Source: a virus (lineage: Duplodnaviria > Heunggongvirae > Uroviricota > Caudoviricetes). From it: 38,856 nucleotides of DNA. Position numbers and translations under genes: made by a program. Shown one piece after another: positions 1-9,052 of the stretch (its first letter is position 1; each line of letters begins with the position of its first letter). The notes below the pieces were generated by a model, which saw nothing but the letters and a program-made list of their open reading frames with translations, had not been told where the DNA came from and searched no databases. Location: positions 1 to 38,856 of IMG/VR virus record IMGVR_UViG_2513237219_000004, one strand, 5' to 3'.

Positions 1-1305
1 CTATGCTTGTTTAATTACATCTGATCCCACAGCGTGGGGCATGGATGGGGCAAACTCACTCAATTTCTGGTTTAAAATGGATACCTGATCCTGATTGTTT
101 TCTGCCATCCACGATCCGTAAACGCGATAAACCATCTGAGCATCAGAGTGTCCCATTTGCTTCGCGATGAAGTTAGGGTTAGCTCCAGCGGTCAAAGACC
201 AACATGCATAAGTGTGCCTGGACTGATATGCTTTGCGGTAGCGAATCCCGGCGCGTCGCATTGCAGTTTCCCATGACTGATTAATCGACCCAACTGCATA
301 ATGGTACCCGGCAAGGCCATTACGCGTAACGATTTGCGGATTGAAAACAAAAGTGCATGGATGCATTTCAGTTCGACCATACTCACGAAGTTTCACTTCA
401 ACCTGATACTGCTTACCAAGCCGTGTCATTTCAGCCTGATTCTTAAGCACGTCTATTGCTGGTTGAATTAGGTTGATAACACGGTTTGTTCCCGCTTCGG
501 TTTTAGGAAGAGTGAACTCTTTCGTTAATGTGTGGTTTCTTCTGATCGTCATTGTCCCTGCCTTCAGGTCTATATCTTCCCATGCCAGAGAAACCAACTC
601 CCCGTGGCGAACTCCCGTATAAACAGCCAGTGACCACATATTTTTTAACTGCTGATGCTTAAATGCGTTAATCAACCTGACAAATTCATCACGGGTTAAC
701 GGATCAGGTTCCGTTCGTGATCTCTTCAGTTGCGAAATGGCTGCGAACGGATTTTCTTTGATGTATCCGCTGTCGGCTGCGAACTGAAACATCCCCGCCA
801 TGGTGTTCATGTAGTTATTAACAGTTGGCACGGAACGTCCCTTAATGGGTGTTTTTTGCCCACGTTTCAGAACATGATATCCGGTCAGCAAATCCTTTCG
901 TATGAACAGCAGTTCTTCCTGAGTCACAGCAGATGCAAGTCTGTTGCCTCCGATTCGGGGAACCATATTTCTTACAATGGAGCTGTAACGCCCCATCGCA
1001 TTGGTACTGATTTCCAGCTTTTTCAGATCCAGCCATTTCTCAGCCAGGTCTGCGACGGTAATTTCCTTACTTTCCGCACCAAATTTTCTCAGGTTGGGAG
1101 AGTCCGGAAACTGAGCGGCATAGTCGAAATTACCCGTCTTAATGGAAAAACAAACAGATGCTCGTAGCTCGCCAGCTATTTTCCTGTTTTTTGGTGTATC
1201 CGGCACACCGAGACTTTCCCGCACTCGTGTGCCTTTATACATGAACCATATGCGGAGTGATCCGCCATGGTTCTCAACGCCTGTTGGGTATGCTGTCTTA
1301 GCCAT
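1..1305 (-). CDS. int: Tyrosine integrase
   Basis: 434-aa ORF with C-terminal R..H..R..Y-type catalytic region (HTYACWSL...GHSDAQMVYRVYGSW); GGAGGG RBS before ATG at 1305; stop at position 1-3. Confidence 0.9.
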   Translation of the reverse strand: MAKTAYPTGVENHGGSLRIWFMYKGTRVRESLGVPDTPKNRKIAGELRASVCFSIKTGNFDYAAQFPDSPNLRKFGAESKEITVADLAEKWLDLKKLEISTNAMGRYSSIVRNMVPRIGGNRLASAVTQEELLFIRKDLLTGYHVLKRGQKTPIKGRSVPTVNNYMNTMAGMFQFAADSGYIKENPFAAISQLKRSRTEPDPLTRDEFVRLINAFKHQQLKNMWSLAVYTGVRHGELVSLAWEDIDLKAGTMTIRRNHTLTKEFTLPKTEAGTNRVINLIQPAIDVLKNQAEMTRLGKQYQVEVKLREYGRTEMHPCTFVFNPQIVTRNGLAGYHYAVGSINQSWETAMRRAGIRYRKAYQSRHTYACWSLTAGANPNFIAKQMGHSDAQMVYRVYGSWMAENNQDQVSILNQKLSEFAPSMPHAVGSDVIKQA

Positions 1306-1350
1306 TGTTCCCTCCTGACGCCCAAGAGCGCATTAAGCATAAACGGTTCT

Positions 1351-1596
1351 TCATCGACGCGCACCAGGCTGTTTTTTTGACATACTCTCAACCCACTGGT
1401 CGATAGCCTTGCGGTTATACATGCATTCGCTGTTTTCTTTTGGAATACCGTCCGGTGCAACATGGAGATATTCACGACCAACAAGCCAGGATTGTTTACG
1501 TGCTCTCTCTATGGTTCCTGGGCGTAAACCTGTAATTTCGATCAGTTTTTGCTCTGTCACCCAGTCGTTGGGCACAATTAAGTTAACTTCGCTCAT
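1351..1596 (-). CDS. xis: Excisionase-like DNA-binding protein
   Basis: Small ORF immediately upstream of int; internal ATG (MSEVNLIV...) with GGAGAA RBS chosen over longer track ORF 1351..1641. Family assignment is by position and size only. Confidence 0.55.
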   Translation of the reverse strand: MSEVNLIVPNDWVTEQKLIEITGLRPGTIERARKQSWLVGREYLHVAPDGIPKENSECMYNRKAIDQWVESMSKKQPGARR

Positions 1597-1668
1597 TGTT
1601 TTCTCCGGTGCTGGAATGAAAGGGGGGTTAACATGCCTCATTGGGGTTGAGGCTGTGTGATTCCATGG

Positions 1669-2013
1669 TTAGTCCTTGCGTAGTTCGCTAATTCTTCTGT
1701 AAGTCTCTGGTGCTTTGTTCCCGTACGTCTTCATTTCAGACTTCAACAGAGCAACGAGTGAATCCCATTCGTTGAGGATTCCTTTGAATGCCGGAACGCG
1801 CTTTGCAACCTTGTCGAATGAATCCCTGATTTCTGGGATCTGCTCAACAAGTGCAACGCATCGTCGGAAATCGGCTGCGTCATGTGGAGCGCCGAAGTGA
1901 TGACCATAGATATTCTTTTTCAGGCCACATGCGATTGAGGCAAGAGTTGCGCTACTGATGCCGACATCGCCAGTCGATTGCCATTTCAAAACCTTCATAG
2001 CCAAATCTGACAT
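1669..2013 (-). CDS. Hypothetical protein (int-proximal cargo)
   Basis: Track ORF 1669..2040 trimmed to ATG at 2013 (MSDLAMKVLKW...) with GGAGA RBS; the longer start lies inside a terminator hairpin. Confidence 0.6.
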   Translation of the reverse strand: MSDLAMKVLKWQSTGDVGISSATLASIACGLKKNIYGHHFGAPHDAADFRRCVALVEQIPEIRDSFDKVAKRVPAFKGILNEWDSLVALLKSEMKTYGNKAPETYRRISELRKD

Positions 2014-2025
2014 TTCTTGTCTCCA

Positions 2026-2048
2026 ATAAAAAACCGCCATCAGGCGGC
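2026..2048 (-). terminator. Intrinsic terminator, minus strand
   Basis: Hairpin CCGCC-ATCA-GGCGG at 2034..2047 followed on the minus strand by a T6 tract (complement of A-run 2028..2033). Confidence 0.5.
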
Positions 2049-2113
2049 TTGGTGTTCTTTCAGTTCTTCAATTCGAATATTGGTTACATTGTTTTCATAT
2101 ATGAATAAATAAA

Positions 2114-2293
2114 TTAGCTTTTTTCGTTGCCTTCGCGTTCTTTATTAATTTTGACAAACTCGTTTTTACCACGCTCTCCAAATGCGTCTTTAGAGTCGTT
2201 GTATCCGCAATCGCAGCACACATAATCACCAGACCATCCACGCATTGTTTTTTCTTTTGCAATATTTCCAGAACCGCATTTTGGACAAGACAT
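2114..2293 (-). CDS. Small zinc-ribbon protein (CxxC...CxxC)
   Basis: MSCPKCGSGN...VCCDCGYND with two Cys pairs; GGAGG RBS before internal ATG at 2293. Confidence 0.6.
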   Translation of the reverse strand: MSCPKCGSGNIAKEKTMRGWSGDYVCCDCGYNDSKDAFGERGKNEFVKINKEREGNEKS

Positions 2294-2389
2294 ATCACTA
2301 CCTCCAAAGCATGAGTGAGATGACAACGTAACATTGATTGGAGATTAACAATAGATTGCTGATGTAAAAGATATGTATAAGCTTCACTT

Positions 2390-3199
2390 TCAAAGTGGAG
2401 GCTCTGGTAGCGGCATCCAGTGAGTTACGTCATCCAAGATATTTCCTGATAAATACGTGAAAGCTCTATGTTTTTTGTAATCAATTGGATTTACAACCCA
2501 GTTCCAATATGCGGCCACGATTTCACCTTGACTAAATGCCAGTAACATTTTGGTGTCTTCCGGCATTCGCTCACTACAGCTTATCCAACCATCCGGAGTT
2601 ACCGGATAGTTGCCACCCTGAACAGTAGGCATATCCGGACCTTTGCGAATCGCCCTGGCAAGATCGATTGGGTCGTCGTACAACCAGTCACCTGTTTGCG
2701 GATTATTTGCTTCTGCCAATTGTGCAGCCCACTCCAGGCCGTCTTTGTGTCCTTGCAGATAGTCCAGCGGTAACTCATCACTATTACTTACAGGTTCGGC
2801 CTGAAGCATGGCGGCGCGATAGGCGTTCCAGCCGACAGCTTTTCCGTGTTCAAACGCGCTGTCAAAGTCATCATCAATTTCCATCGCAGCGGGCACAGAT
2901 ACCGGCGCTGGCGGGGCGGTGTAGAGCGGCATTACCTCAATATTGAAGATATCCCCCTCGCTTGGACACGCCTCTGCGCTACCGTAAACCCAAGGGTGAA
3001 CGACTCCGTTACGCTTGTTGATTAATCTGTGCGCCCACGCCACAGGCTCCGCTTCGAGCGATGCCAGCGCGATACGCGCATTATTAATCAGGAGGCTATC
3101 AGCAGGAGATAAAACAACATGAGCGTTACCCTCCGCATCAATTTCAGAATTCGTAATTTTTCTGAACAGCTTTGCCAGTTCTCTGGTAATAGTGCTCAT
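2390..3199 (-). CDS. Prophage protein with DUF551-like C-terminal domain
   Basis: 269-aa ORF; C-terminal Trp-rich motif (WISCSERMPED...WNWVVNP...VTHWMPLPEPP) recalled as typical of DUF551. Confidence 0.65.
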   Translation of the reverse strand: MSTITRELAKLFRKITNSEIDAEGNAHVVLSPADSLLINNARIALASLEAEPVAWAHRLINKRNGVVHPWVYGSAEACPSEGDIFNIEVMPLYTAPPAPVSVPAAMEIDDDFDSAFEHGKAVGWNAYRAAMLQAEPVSNSDELPLDYLQGHKDGLEWAAQLAEANNPQTGDWLYDDPIDLARAIRKGPDMPTVQGGNYPVTPDGWISCSERMPEDTKMLLAFSQGEIVAAYWNWVVNPIDYKKHRAFTYLSGNILDDVTHWMPLPEPPL

Positions 3200-3474
3200 G
3201 GGCGAATCTCCGTCCTGCCACCAAGTAAGCGGATTGCCACTCGTTCCCGGAAGGTAAGCGGTCGATGGTGTCCGCGGGCATTAACAATTTCAGGCTTTCC
3301 ATTAGGCGGATAATTGACCCTGACCGATTGACCATCTAGCGCGTGAGAAGCCTCGAGTAGTGCTGACTTTAAGTGCGCAGGGCACTCTTTCTGCACCCGC
3401 TCGCCGTCTGAAATGACACCTGCAATCCCCTGAAGCATGCTGGCTAAATTGCTGAGATAATTTTTCACATTCAC
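3196..3474 (-). CDS. Hypothetical protein
   Basis: 92-aa ORF in operon-like array, stop/start overlap with neighbours. Confidence 0.5.
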   Translation of the reverse strand: MNVKNYLSNLASMLQGIAGVISDGERVQKECPAHLKSALLEASHALDGQSVRVNYPPNGKPEIVNARGHHRPLTFRERVAIRLLGGRTEIRP

Positions 3475-3854
3475 TCTCCTTTACCGGTGCCATAGGCAGA
3501 TAAGCACTCTTCAAATCCAGCCTGATTATCCGTTTGACCTAAACTGAAGCCATGCTGAAGACCATGACGAAATGCGCTATCTTGCAATTGATGTGCGCTA
3601 TCGAGCTTCGCTTCCAGTTCAGCGATTCGCTTCTCTGCGGTTTCCAACTCATCCAGCAGCGCCAGCACGGTGGCGGGGTTGGCTGCGGCGATAAATGCAG
3701 CATCACGCGCTTCGTTTTCACTGAATACCATGGCTATTTGCTCATGGTTCACGCCGTCAGTGGAGTAAATCTCATCGTCGAACTCAACAGCCCACCGGCC
3801 TTTCGTCGCCTTCTCCGCCGCTTCACGCAGAGCCTGGTAATTAATCTCGCTCAC
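3471..3854 (-). CDS. Ead/Ea22-like protein
   Basis: N-terminus SEINYQALREAAEKAT..., coiled-coil middle; GTG start with AAGGAGG RBS. Confidence 0.7.
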   Translation of the reverse strand: MSEINYQALREAAEKATKGRWAVEFDDEIYSTDGVNHEQIAMVFSENEARDAAFIAAANPATVLALLDELETAEKRIAELEAKLDSAHQLQDSAFRHGLQHGFSLGQTDNQAGFEECLSAYGTGKGE

Positions 3855-4561
3855 TGGTTGCCTCCTTTGCGAAGCTGGGCGGCGATATCTTCGAGAACGC
3901 CATCAGAGAATGAGCGGTCAAAATCGCCTTCCGGCGCATTAGCCATAAACTCAGTAGAGGTAAGAATCATCCTGGCAATATCCGCGGCGTTCTTTGCAGT
4001 ATCATCAATAAAACCAGCTTCCCAGGCAGCCAGCATTCTGTTCGCCACAAAGTAAGCTCCCTCCTTGCGTGCTTCAGTCTTCACTTCAGCCAGGAAAGCG
4101 TCGGTGGCCGGGGTTTTGTTATCTGACTCCAGCCACTGGTTGTAGTAATAATCGAACATGCCAGTAGGATAACCACATCCGCTGTGCACGTGGTCTTTCA
4201 TAGCAGAACCACACATGCAGTAGTCATTGTCAGTATTACTAATGATGTCGATAAGTTGCTGTGTCCGTTGCTTCAACATCGCATTCTCCGCCGCCAGCGC
4301 CGAAAACTTCTCGTGTGCCAACTTAACAGCTGCATCAGCCTGCTTAATTGACTCAGTCGCTTTCTGGTGGTCTTCGGCCAGCCCTGCTAAATCAGCCTCC
4401 AGTTCGGCTAGGCGTTCATTTAATGCATCTCGTTCATCCAGTAGAGCCAGCACAACCTGAGGTGTTACTTTCATACGAAATGCCAGCAATTTTTGAGGCG
4501 TTGCTACTGTTTCAATTGCTACTGCTGCCTCACGCAGTGCCTGATAGTCAATCTTGCTCAC
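3851..4561 (-). CDS. Ead/Ea22-like protein (paralog)
   Basis: Track ORF 3851..4642 trimmed to GTG at 4561 (VSKIDYQALREAA...) preceded by AAGGAGG; N-terminus parallels the neighbouring Ea22-like gene. Confidence 0.6.
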   Translation of the reverse strand: MSKIDYQALREAAVAIETVATPQKLLAFRMKVTPQVVLALLDERDALNERLAELEADLAGLAEDHQKATESIKQADAAVKLAHEKFSALAAENAMLKQRTQQLIDIISNTDNDYCMCGSAMKDHVHSGCGYPTGMFDYYYNQWLESDNKTPATDAFLAEVKTEARKEGAYFVANRMLAAWEAGFIDDTAKNAADIARMILTSTEFMANAPEGDFDRSFSDGVLEDIAAQLRKGGNQ

Positions 4562-4853
4562 TGGCTGCCTCCTTTGCTGGGCTTTCGAATGTATCAAACT
4601 CAAACAACTTAACCACGTCATCAAACAGGACATAATCGCCATCAGAATCTTCAGTCATGTCAGCGCCACAATCCTGACCGAACGAGTCACAACCATCCAT
4701 ATCAAGCTCGTATCGCTTGAGTTTTGCGATATTTGATAAATTCAGCGCCAGTACAGCAAGGTCATAAACCTCATCAGCAGTATACCCGGCACCATGCCCA
4801 TACATTTCAATACGGGATATGATTTCTTCTACACGTTGTTTTGTTATCGCCAT
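4548..4853 (-). CDS. Hypothetical acidic protein
   Basis: 101-aa ORF, overlaps neighbours in operon fashion. Confidence 0.5.
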   Translation of the reverse strand: MAITKQRVEEIISRIEMYGHGAGYTADEVYDLAVLALNLSNIAKLKRYELDMDGCDSFGQDCGADMTEDSDGDYVLFDDVVKLFEFDTFESPAKEAASEQD

Positions 4854-5314
4854 TTTTGCTCACCTTCCTGTTCTTCCAGAAAAATACGCATAGCCTCAAG
4901 CATCTCTTCGGTGTCATACGGAGACAGCTTGTCACGCAGGATGTGTTCAATGCTGTTAATGAACTTGCGGATTGCTTTGCGTTCAATTTCAGCCAGGAAA
5001 GCATCGGTGGCTGGGGTATTTTCCATTAGTTGTTTTGACGTTGACCAAAGCGCGGAAAGCCACTCTTTATCAAACCATTTATCCTTATGGTGAAACATTT
5101 CATCAACTGTCTGGTGGCAGCGGGATACCTCAAAAAGGCACCGCGCATTCTCCGCTGCCAGAGCCGCGCACTTGGCCTCCGCTTCAGCAAATTTACGCAC
5201 CAGGTACTCAGCGTTTGTTTCGTTAACCTTTAAATCTCGGGGGATGCATTTACCTTTCAGAAATCCATCCATCTCAATTAGTGACATTTGTTTCATTTCT
5301 TCCCACTCCGCCAC
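4844..5314 (-). CDS. Hypothetical protein sharing a segment with the Ea22-like gene
   Basis: 156-aa ORF; motif [10 protein letters not shown] and about 30 nt of near-identical DNA shared with 3851..4561. Confidence 0.55.
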   Translation of the reverse strand: MAEWEEMKQMSLIEMDGFLKGKCIPRDLKVNETNAEYLVRKFAEAEAKCAALAAENARCLFEVSRCHQTVDEMFHHKDKWFDKEWLSALWSTSKQLMENTPATDAFLAEIERKAIRKFINSIEHILRDKLSPYDTEEMLEAMRIFLEEQEGEQKWR

Positions 5315-5453
5315 ATCGCATTCAGATATTTGTTTTGATTTACTGACGGAAAAGAATTTCTCTTAAGCAATTCCTCTCTCGATGGCATTGGCTTTACGCG
5401 TTGGCGAATAATCATTTCTGCCGGAAGAATGCCGGGATTGTATGCAAGTCCTC

Positions 5454-5735
5454 TCATGATTTACTCTCCACTAACTGGTCAATAGCCATGCTAAGTGACA
5501 CACCTAAAGTCTCGATATGTTGCTGAATATCCTGTAGCGTCTGCGCCTGAGATAACAGGATTTCACGGTTGCATAATTCTTTAACCAGATGCTCAAACTT
5601 GCTGTAATAACCGATACGGCTTAGTGTTTCTTTCCCTGCATTCTCGCCTTCTTTGATAATTCCTCTTTCGCTAAGAATCAGATCGTGTTTGGTTCCGGTA
5701 ATAACGTATTTTCCGAGGTCGATGTTTAGCTTCAT
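5454..5735 (-). CDS. Hypothetical protein (AT-rich island)
   Basis: 93-aa ORF, GGAG RBS, AT-rich composition. Confidence 0.55.
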   Translation of the reverse strand: MKLNIDLGKYVITGTKHDLILSERGIIKEGENAGKETLSRIGYYSKFEHLVKELCNREILLSQAQTLQDIQQHIETLGVSLSMAIDQLVESKS

Positions 5736-5751
5736 TGTTAATTACTCCATG

Positions 5752-6066
5752 TTAATTTATTCGTATGCCTGCTCTTTCTTCATCGAGTTTTTTTAGCTTG
5801 TATCGCATAGCTCTTACTGAATAAATTGAGCGGCAGGTTGCAATTGCTATTTCTTCTGCGGAGAACTTACCGAAAAGTGACACTTCGGCTCTTGTCCATC
5901 GTCTTCCTCGAAGTCGGCTAACAATGTCAGCGCCAATCCTTGTTGCTTTCGCCATTACTGCTTTTTCAGTCCTTTCCAGTTTTTCAGCGATAACTTCAAC
6001 TGGCATTGTCGCCGCTACTTCGCGCAAGAAATCGACTTCCCATTTCTCCCATGGAGTCTTTTTCAT
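5752..6066 (-). CDS. Hypothetical protein with two Trp-containing repeats, possible DNA-binding
   Basis: 104-aa ORF; repeats TPWEKWEVDFL and RRWTRAEVSLF. Confidence 0.55.
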   Translation of the reverse strand: MKKTPWEKWEVDFLREVAATMPVEVIAEKLERTEKAVMAKATRIGADIVSRLRGRRWTRAEVSLFGKFSAEEIAIATCRSIYSVRAMRYKLKKLDEERAGIRIN

Positions 6067-6077
6067 AGGCGATACCG

Positions 6078-6560
6078 TTATTTGATAAGAAGTGAAGGTT
6101 TCCCAACCTTGAGTTGAGCACCGGGGATATTTATTCCTGCTTTTAGTTGGTGTTTGATTGCCAGTTTGTCGGCTTTAATTGTCGTTTCAAACTCAACGTA
6201 TTCAGGAGGAAGGACGCTTGAGTCGATGATTTCTACAGTTTCTGACGGTTTGCGGATTGTTACCTGATGAATACCTGCTCGAATCTTTTTCTTGCCAACC
6301 ATTTCAAGCGATGACGCTATATATGATTTGATGCTGTCAATCTTATTTTGAATTACTGCGGCTCGCTCATTCAGCGACTTTGCCTCTTCCTTGAGGCGTT
6401 CAGCATAACCAGATTCATTTTTAATAATGGCAAGAAGTTGTTCTATTTTATCGGTAAATTCTCCTTCCATGCCTTCTATTGTGTCAGCAATCATCTCTGG
6501 CTCTAAATCTGAATCCATCAGCTTTGCGTATTCATTGGCTATTTCATACAGTTTGCTCAC
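6078..6560 (-). CDS. Gp157-family phage protein (recombination-module accessory)
   Basis: Track ORF 6078..6566 with GTG start at 6560 after GGAGG RBS; lies directly downstream of recT. Family call from recall, moderate. Confidence 0.55.
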   Translation of the reverse strand: MSKLYEIANEYAKLMDSDLEPEMIADTIEGMEGEFTDKIEQLLAIIKNESGYAERLKEEAKSLNERAAVIQNKIDSIKSYIASSLEMVGKKKIRAGIHQVTIRKPSETVEIIDSSVLPPEYVEFETTIKADKLAIKHQLKAGINIPGAQLKVGKPSLLIK

Positions 6561-7458
6561 TGGCAACCTCCAGTTTCGCTTTGCATTCTGCGTAAATGGC
6601 TTGTACGTTCTGCTGCAATTTCATTCCAGATGTCAGGCGATATGCTTCTGCAAAATATCGCTTCAAATCATCCATGTTTTCAGCATGAGCCATTTCATCA
6701 CAAAGAAGTTGTGCTTTATCCGTTATTTCCTGCTGGCGTTTCCTTTCATCTTCGCGGATATCTTCCTCTGATTTGTGCGGCATAACTGGTTCAGTCCACA
6801 CACCTTCTTCTTCGTTTAGTACGTGAATAGCACTATCAAGACGTGATGCCTTAGGCCAATACTTGCTTGCACGCTTTACGACCGTCTTTCGCGCCATCTC
6901 ATTCCAGTGATTTACCCATGGTCCTTTATCGCTGAATGCTGCCTTGCTTGTTTTCCTTACAGCCTCAATTTCAGCCAGACTCATCTCTTCCGTTAGATAA
7001 TCACCTGCTGGCGTCTTAACTGTGCAGTAAACGCCAACAATATCACCACGATCACCGAAGGCGTTGTATTTATGGGTTGGTGCTTTATCAAGCCCGTTTG
7101 ACTCATAGGTATCGTTAGCATGAACAAGTTTTGCCTGACCCCATGAGATAACACCAGACTCCATTGCAATATGGAGCAATCCCATATAACTGATATCAAG
7201 GCACACCATGCCGTCGCGCGGAACCAGATAAGCCAGTTTGCTGGCCGGGTTTAAGGTGATACCGATCGCCGCAACATTGATGATGGCGTTCTGTGCGCTG
7301 GTTGGATTTGCCAGTGCTGTTTTAGCCAGGTAATCATTTTTCTGGAAATACTGAATTGCAAACTGGCTTTCCTTAGCCCATGTCACCGTCTGTTCAGTCA
7401 ATGCTCCGCAGAATAACTGCTCTTGCTGTTTAACGAACTCAACAATGCTCATGCTCAT
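6544..7458 (-). CDS. recT: RecT-family single-strand annealing recombinase
   Basis: 304-aa ORF; sequence recalled as RecT family; position equals bet/erf slot of lambdoid early-left operon. Confidence 0.8.
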   Translation of the reverse strand: MSMSIVEFVKQQEQLFCGALTEQTVTWAKESQFAIQYFQKNDYLAKTALANPTSAQNAIINVAAIGITLNPASKLAYLVPRDGMVCLDISYMGLLHIAMESGVISWGQAKLVHANDTYESNGLDKAPTHKYNAFGDRGDIVGVYCTVKTPAGDYLTEEMSLAEIEAVRKTSKAAFSDKGPWVNHWNEMARKTVVKRASKYWPKASRLDSAIHVLNEEEGVWTEPVMPHKSEEDIREDERKRQQEITDKAQLLCDEMAHAENMDDLKRYFAEAYRLTSGMKLQQNVQAIYAECKAKLEVASEQTV

Positions 7459-7460
7459 CG

Positions 7461-7757
7461 TTACTGTCCCTCATCAATATCTGTTTGGTGGCGAGCAATT
7501 GTCTCTGCCATGTAGCGAATAAATTCAGCGGCCCTTTCCTGAAACTCGACGTCATCATCGAATGCTTTGGAAATGGCATTCTTGCTGGCCCCGCGACGTT
7601 GCAACTCGTCAACGCACAACGATTCCAGTTTGCTCTGTGGCAATCCTTTTTCGAGGTCATCAGCCAGTTCAGATTCACGCTCTTCTCTGGCTATTTGCTG
7701 ATAATGGCGCGTCCAGTTCTGCGCCTCGATACGGTCTTGAACGAGATATACAGCCAT
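7461..7757 (-). CDS. gam: Gam host-nuclease (RecBCD) inhibitor, short form
   Basis: Track ORF 7461..7886 trimmed to ATG at 7757 with AGGAG RBS; 98 aa [26 protein letters not shown]...[32 protein letters not shown] closely matches lambda GamS as recalled. Confidence 0.85.
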   Translation of the reverse strand: MAVYLVQDRIEAQNWTRHYQQIAREERESELADDLEKGLPQSKLESLCVDELQRRGASKNAISKAFDDDVEFQERAAEFIRYMAETIARHQTDIDEGQ

Positions 7758-7836
7758 AATAGGCTCCTGAAATTTGGTTGTGCGCTGCCCGTCTGCGATA
7801 GCCGGACGAGTAGGGGTAATGGGTGTTTGGTGTGGT

Positions 7837-8079
7837 TTACTTGCCGAGTGCCTTGTCGATGGCGGAACGAGCCATATCAAACTCATCTGTTTGACGGTCT
7901 GCTACTCTAACTACAGCCTGCAGAGCTTCCAGTAATTCAGGCGCTGCAGTAATGAGAGTCTTGTTTTCCTTGCTCGTCATTTCAAGTGGATATCCCTTTC
8001 CAAAGACTATGTGATGCTTGTTTCCCAAGCCCTCTTCATCCCAAAACCACGGACCGGGAGTTCCTTTAAATTCGCTCAT
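7837..8079 (-). CDS. Hypothetical protein (paralog of 8725..9021)
   Basis: 80-aa ORF with motif KGTPGPW ... [13 protein letters not shown] shared with the 8725..9021 product. Confidence 0.55.
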   Translation of the reverse strand: MSEFKGTPGPWFWDEEGLGNKHHIVFGKGYPLEMTSKENKTLITAAPELLEALQAVVRVADRQTDEFDMARSAIDKALGK

Positions 8080-8082
8080 AAC

Positions 8083-8232
8083 TCACTTCCTGTGCCACGG
8101 AAAACCAATTGCCGCCTTCATATCGTTGTAGGCTGACATCCACATTTCACTATCACCAATAAATCGGGCTATTACTGCTTTGTTCTGTGCAGCACGAAGC
8201 ATCTGGTGATTAATGGCTATTTCATTGTGCAT
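8083..8232 (-). CDS. Candidate Kil-like small protein
   Basis: Not in ORF track (49 aa). Manual translation MHNEIAINHQMLRAAQNKAVIARFIGDSEMWMSAYNDMKAAIGFPWHRK; GGAGG RBS; FIGD motif and position resemble lambda Kil by recall. Confidence 0.4.
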   Translation of the reverse strand: MHNEIAINHQMLRAAQNKAVIARFIGDSEMWMSAYNDMKAAIGFPWHRK

Positions 8233-8351
8233 AACGCCTCCAGTTGTTTCTTTGCTGCTCTGATTAATTGTTTAACTCGGCGTGATAATTCAGATTCGTG
8301 CGGGTAGAAAGCGGACATGACGCCGCTACCCGCGAGCTGAAAGTGCATCAT
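8217..8351 (-). CDS. Candidate CIII-like small protein
   Basis: Not in ORF track (44 aa). Manual translation MMHFQLAGSGVMSAFYPHESELSRRVKQLIRAAKKQLEALCTMK; AAGGAG RBS 6 nt upstream; pattern M-x-F/Y-x-L/I-AG...P-ES-L..R resembles lambda CIII by recall; overlaps start of the kil-like ORF. Confidence 0.45.
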   Translation of the reverse strand: MMHFQLAGSGVMSAFYPHESELSRRVKQLIRAAKKQLEALCTMK

Positions 8352-8415
8352 GGGTAACTCCTTATATTTGATTGCATAACGAAAACGCCTCGAATGAAGC
8401 GTTATTGGTATGCAT

Positions 8416-8441
8416 ATAAAAAGGCCCTCACACTAGAGGGC
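8416..8441 (-). terminator. Intrinsic terminator, minus strand
   Basis: Hairpin GCCCTC-ACACTA-GAGGGC (8424..8441) followed on minus strand by T-rich tract (complement of 8416..8423). Confidence 0.45.
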
Positions 8442-8536
8442 AAAGAAGATTTCCAATAATCAGAACAAGTCGGCTCCTGTTTAGTTACGAGCGACATTGC
8501 TCCGTGTATTCACTCGTTGGAATGAATACACAGTGC

Positions 8537-8725
8537 TTATTCGTCATGCATTTCAGGTAATTCTTCGTATTCGACGCCCCATACGAGTTTACACCAACTA
8601 ACTCGCTCATATCTTTTACAAAAATCAGACCACATAACTTGGGTTCCATCATGGTTTGTTATTACTTCTGTAATATCACCAACACTAACAAAACTGGTAT
8701 TAGAAGCGGTTATTTTTACTTTCAT
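8537..8725 (-). CDS. Hypothetical small protein
   Basis: 62-aa ORF; a 9-bp perfect inverted repeat (8504..8531) lies just 3' of it. Confidence 0.5.
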   Translation of the reverse strand: MKVKITASNTSFVSVGDITEVITNHDGTQVMWSDFCKRYERVSWCKLVWGVEYEELPEMHDE

Positions 8726-9021
8726 TACTTATCCCCAAGAGCTTTTCTGATTGCTGCAAGACCTTTATTAACAGCTCCATACCATTCTGGATATGTTGTC
8801 GTTGTTCTATTTTTGGTTTGCTTAAGTAATAACTGAAGTGCTTCGAGAAGGTCAGGTGCTGCCGCTATTAGATTGGCATCTTCAATGCATTGAACTTCCT
8901 CACAGATTGCAATATACGAACGCCAGCCTGCGCCATTTTCAAGTGAGTCTGCCTGGATGATTTTAATCTCATCGCCATCCATCATTATTTCCCACTTACC
9001 TTCGGTACCTTTAAATTCCAT
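8725..9021 (-). CDS. Hypothetical protein (paralog of 7837..8079)
   Basis: 98-aa ORF, MEFKGTEGKWE ... LIAAAPDLLEALQ. Confidence 0.55.
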   Translation of the reverse strand: MEFKGTEGKWEIMMDGDEIKIIQADSLENGAGWRSYIAICEEVQCIEDANLIAAAPDLLEALQLLLKQTKNRTTTTYPEWYGAVNKGLAAIRKALGDK

Positions 9022-9052
9022 GTTAGCCTCTGTTGTTTATGCCAAAATAATT

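Noticed and set aside
8504-8531. 9-bp perfect inverted repeat GTGTATTCA-N10-TGAATACAC
   Set aside because: Could be an operator or RNA hairpin, but it has no T-tract and no partner protein is evident; noted in the 8537..8725 feature only.
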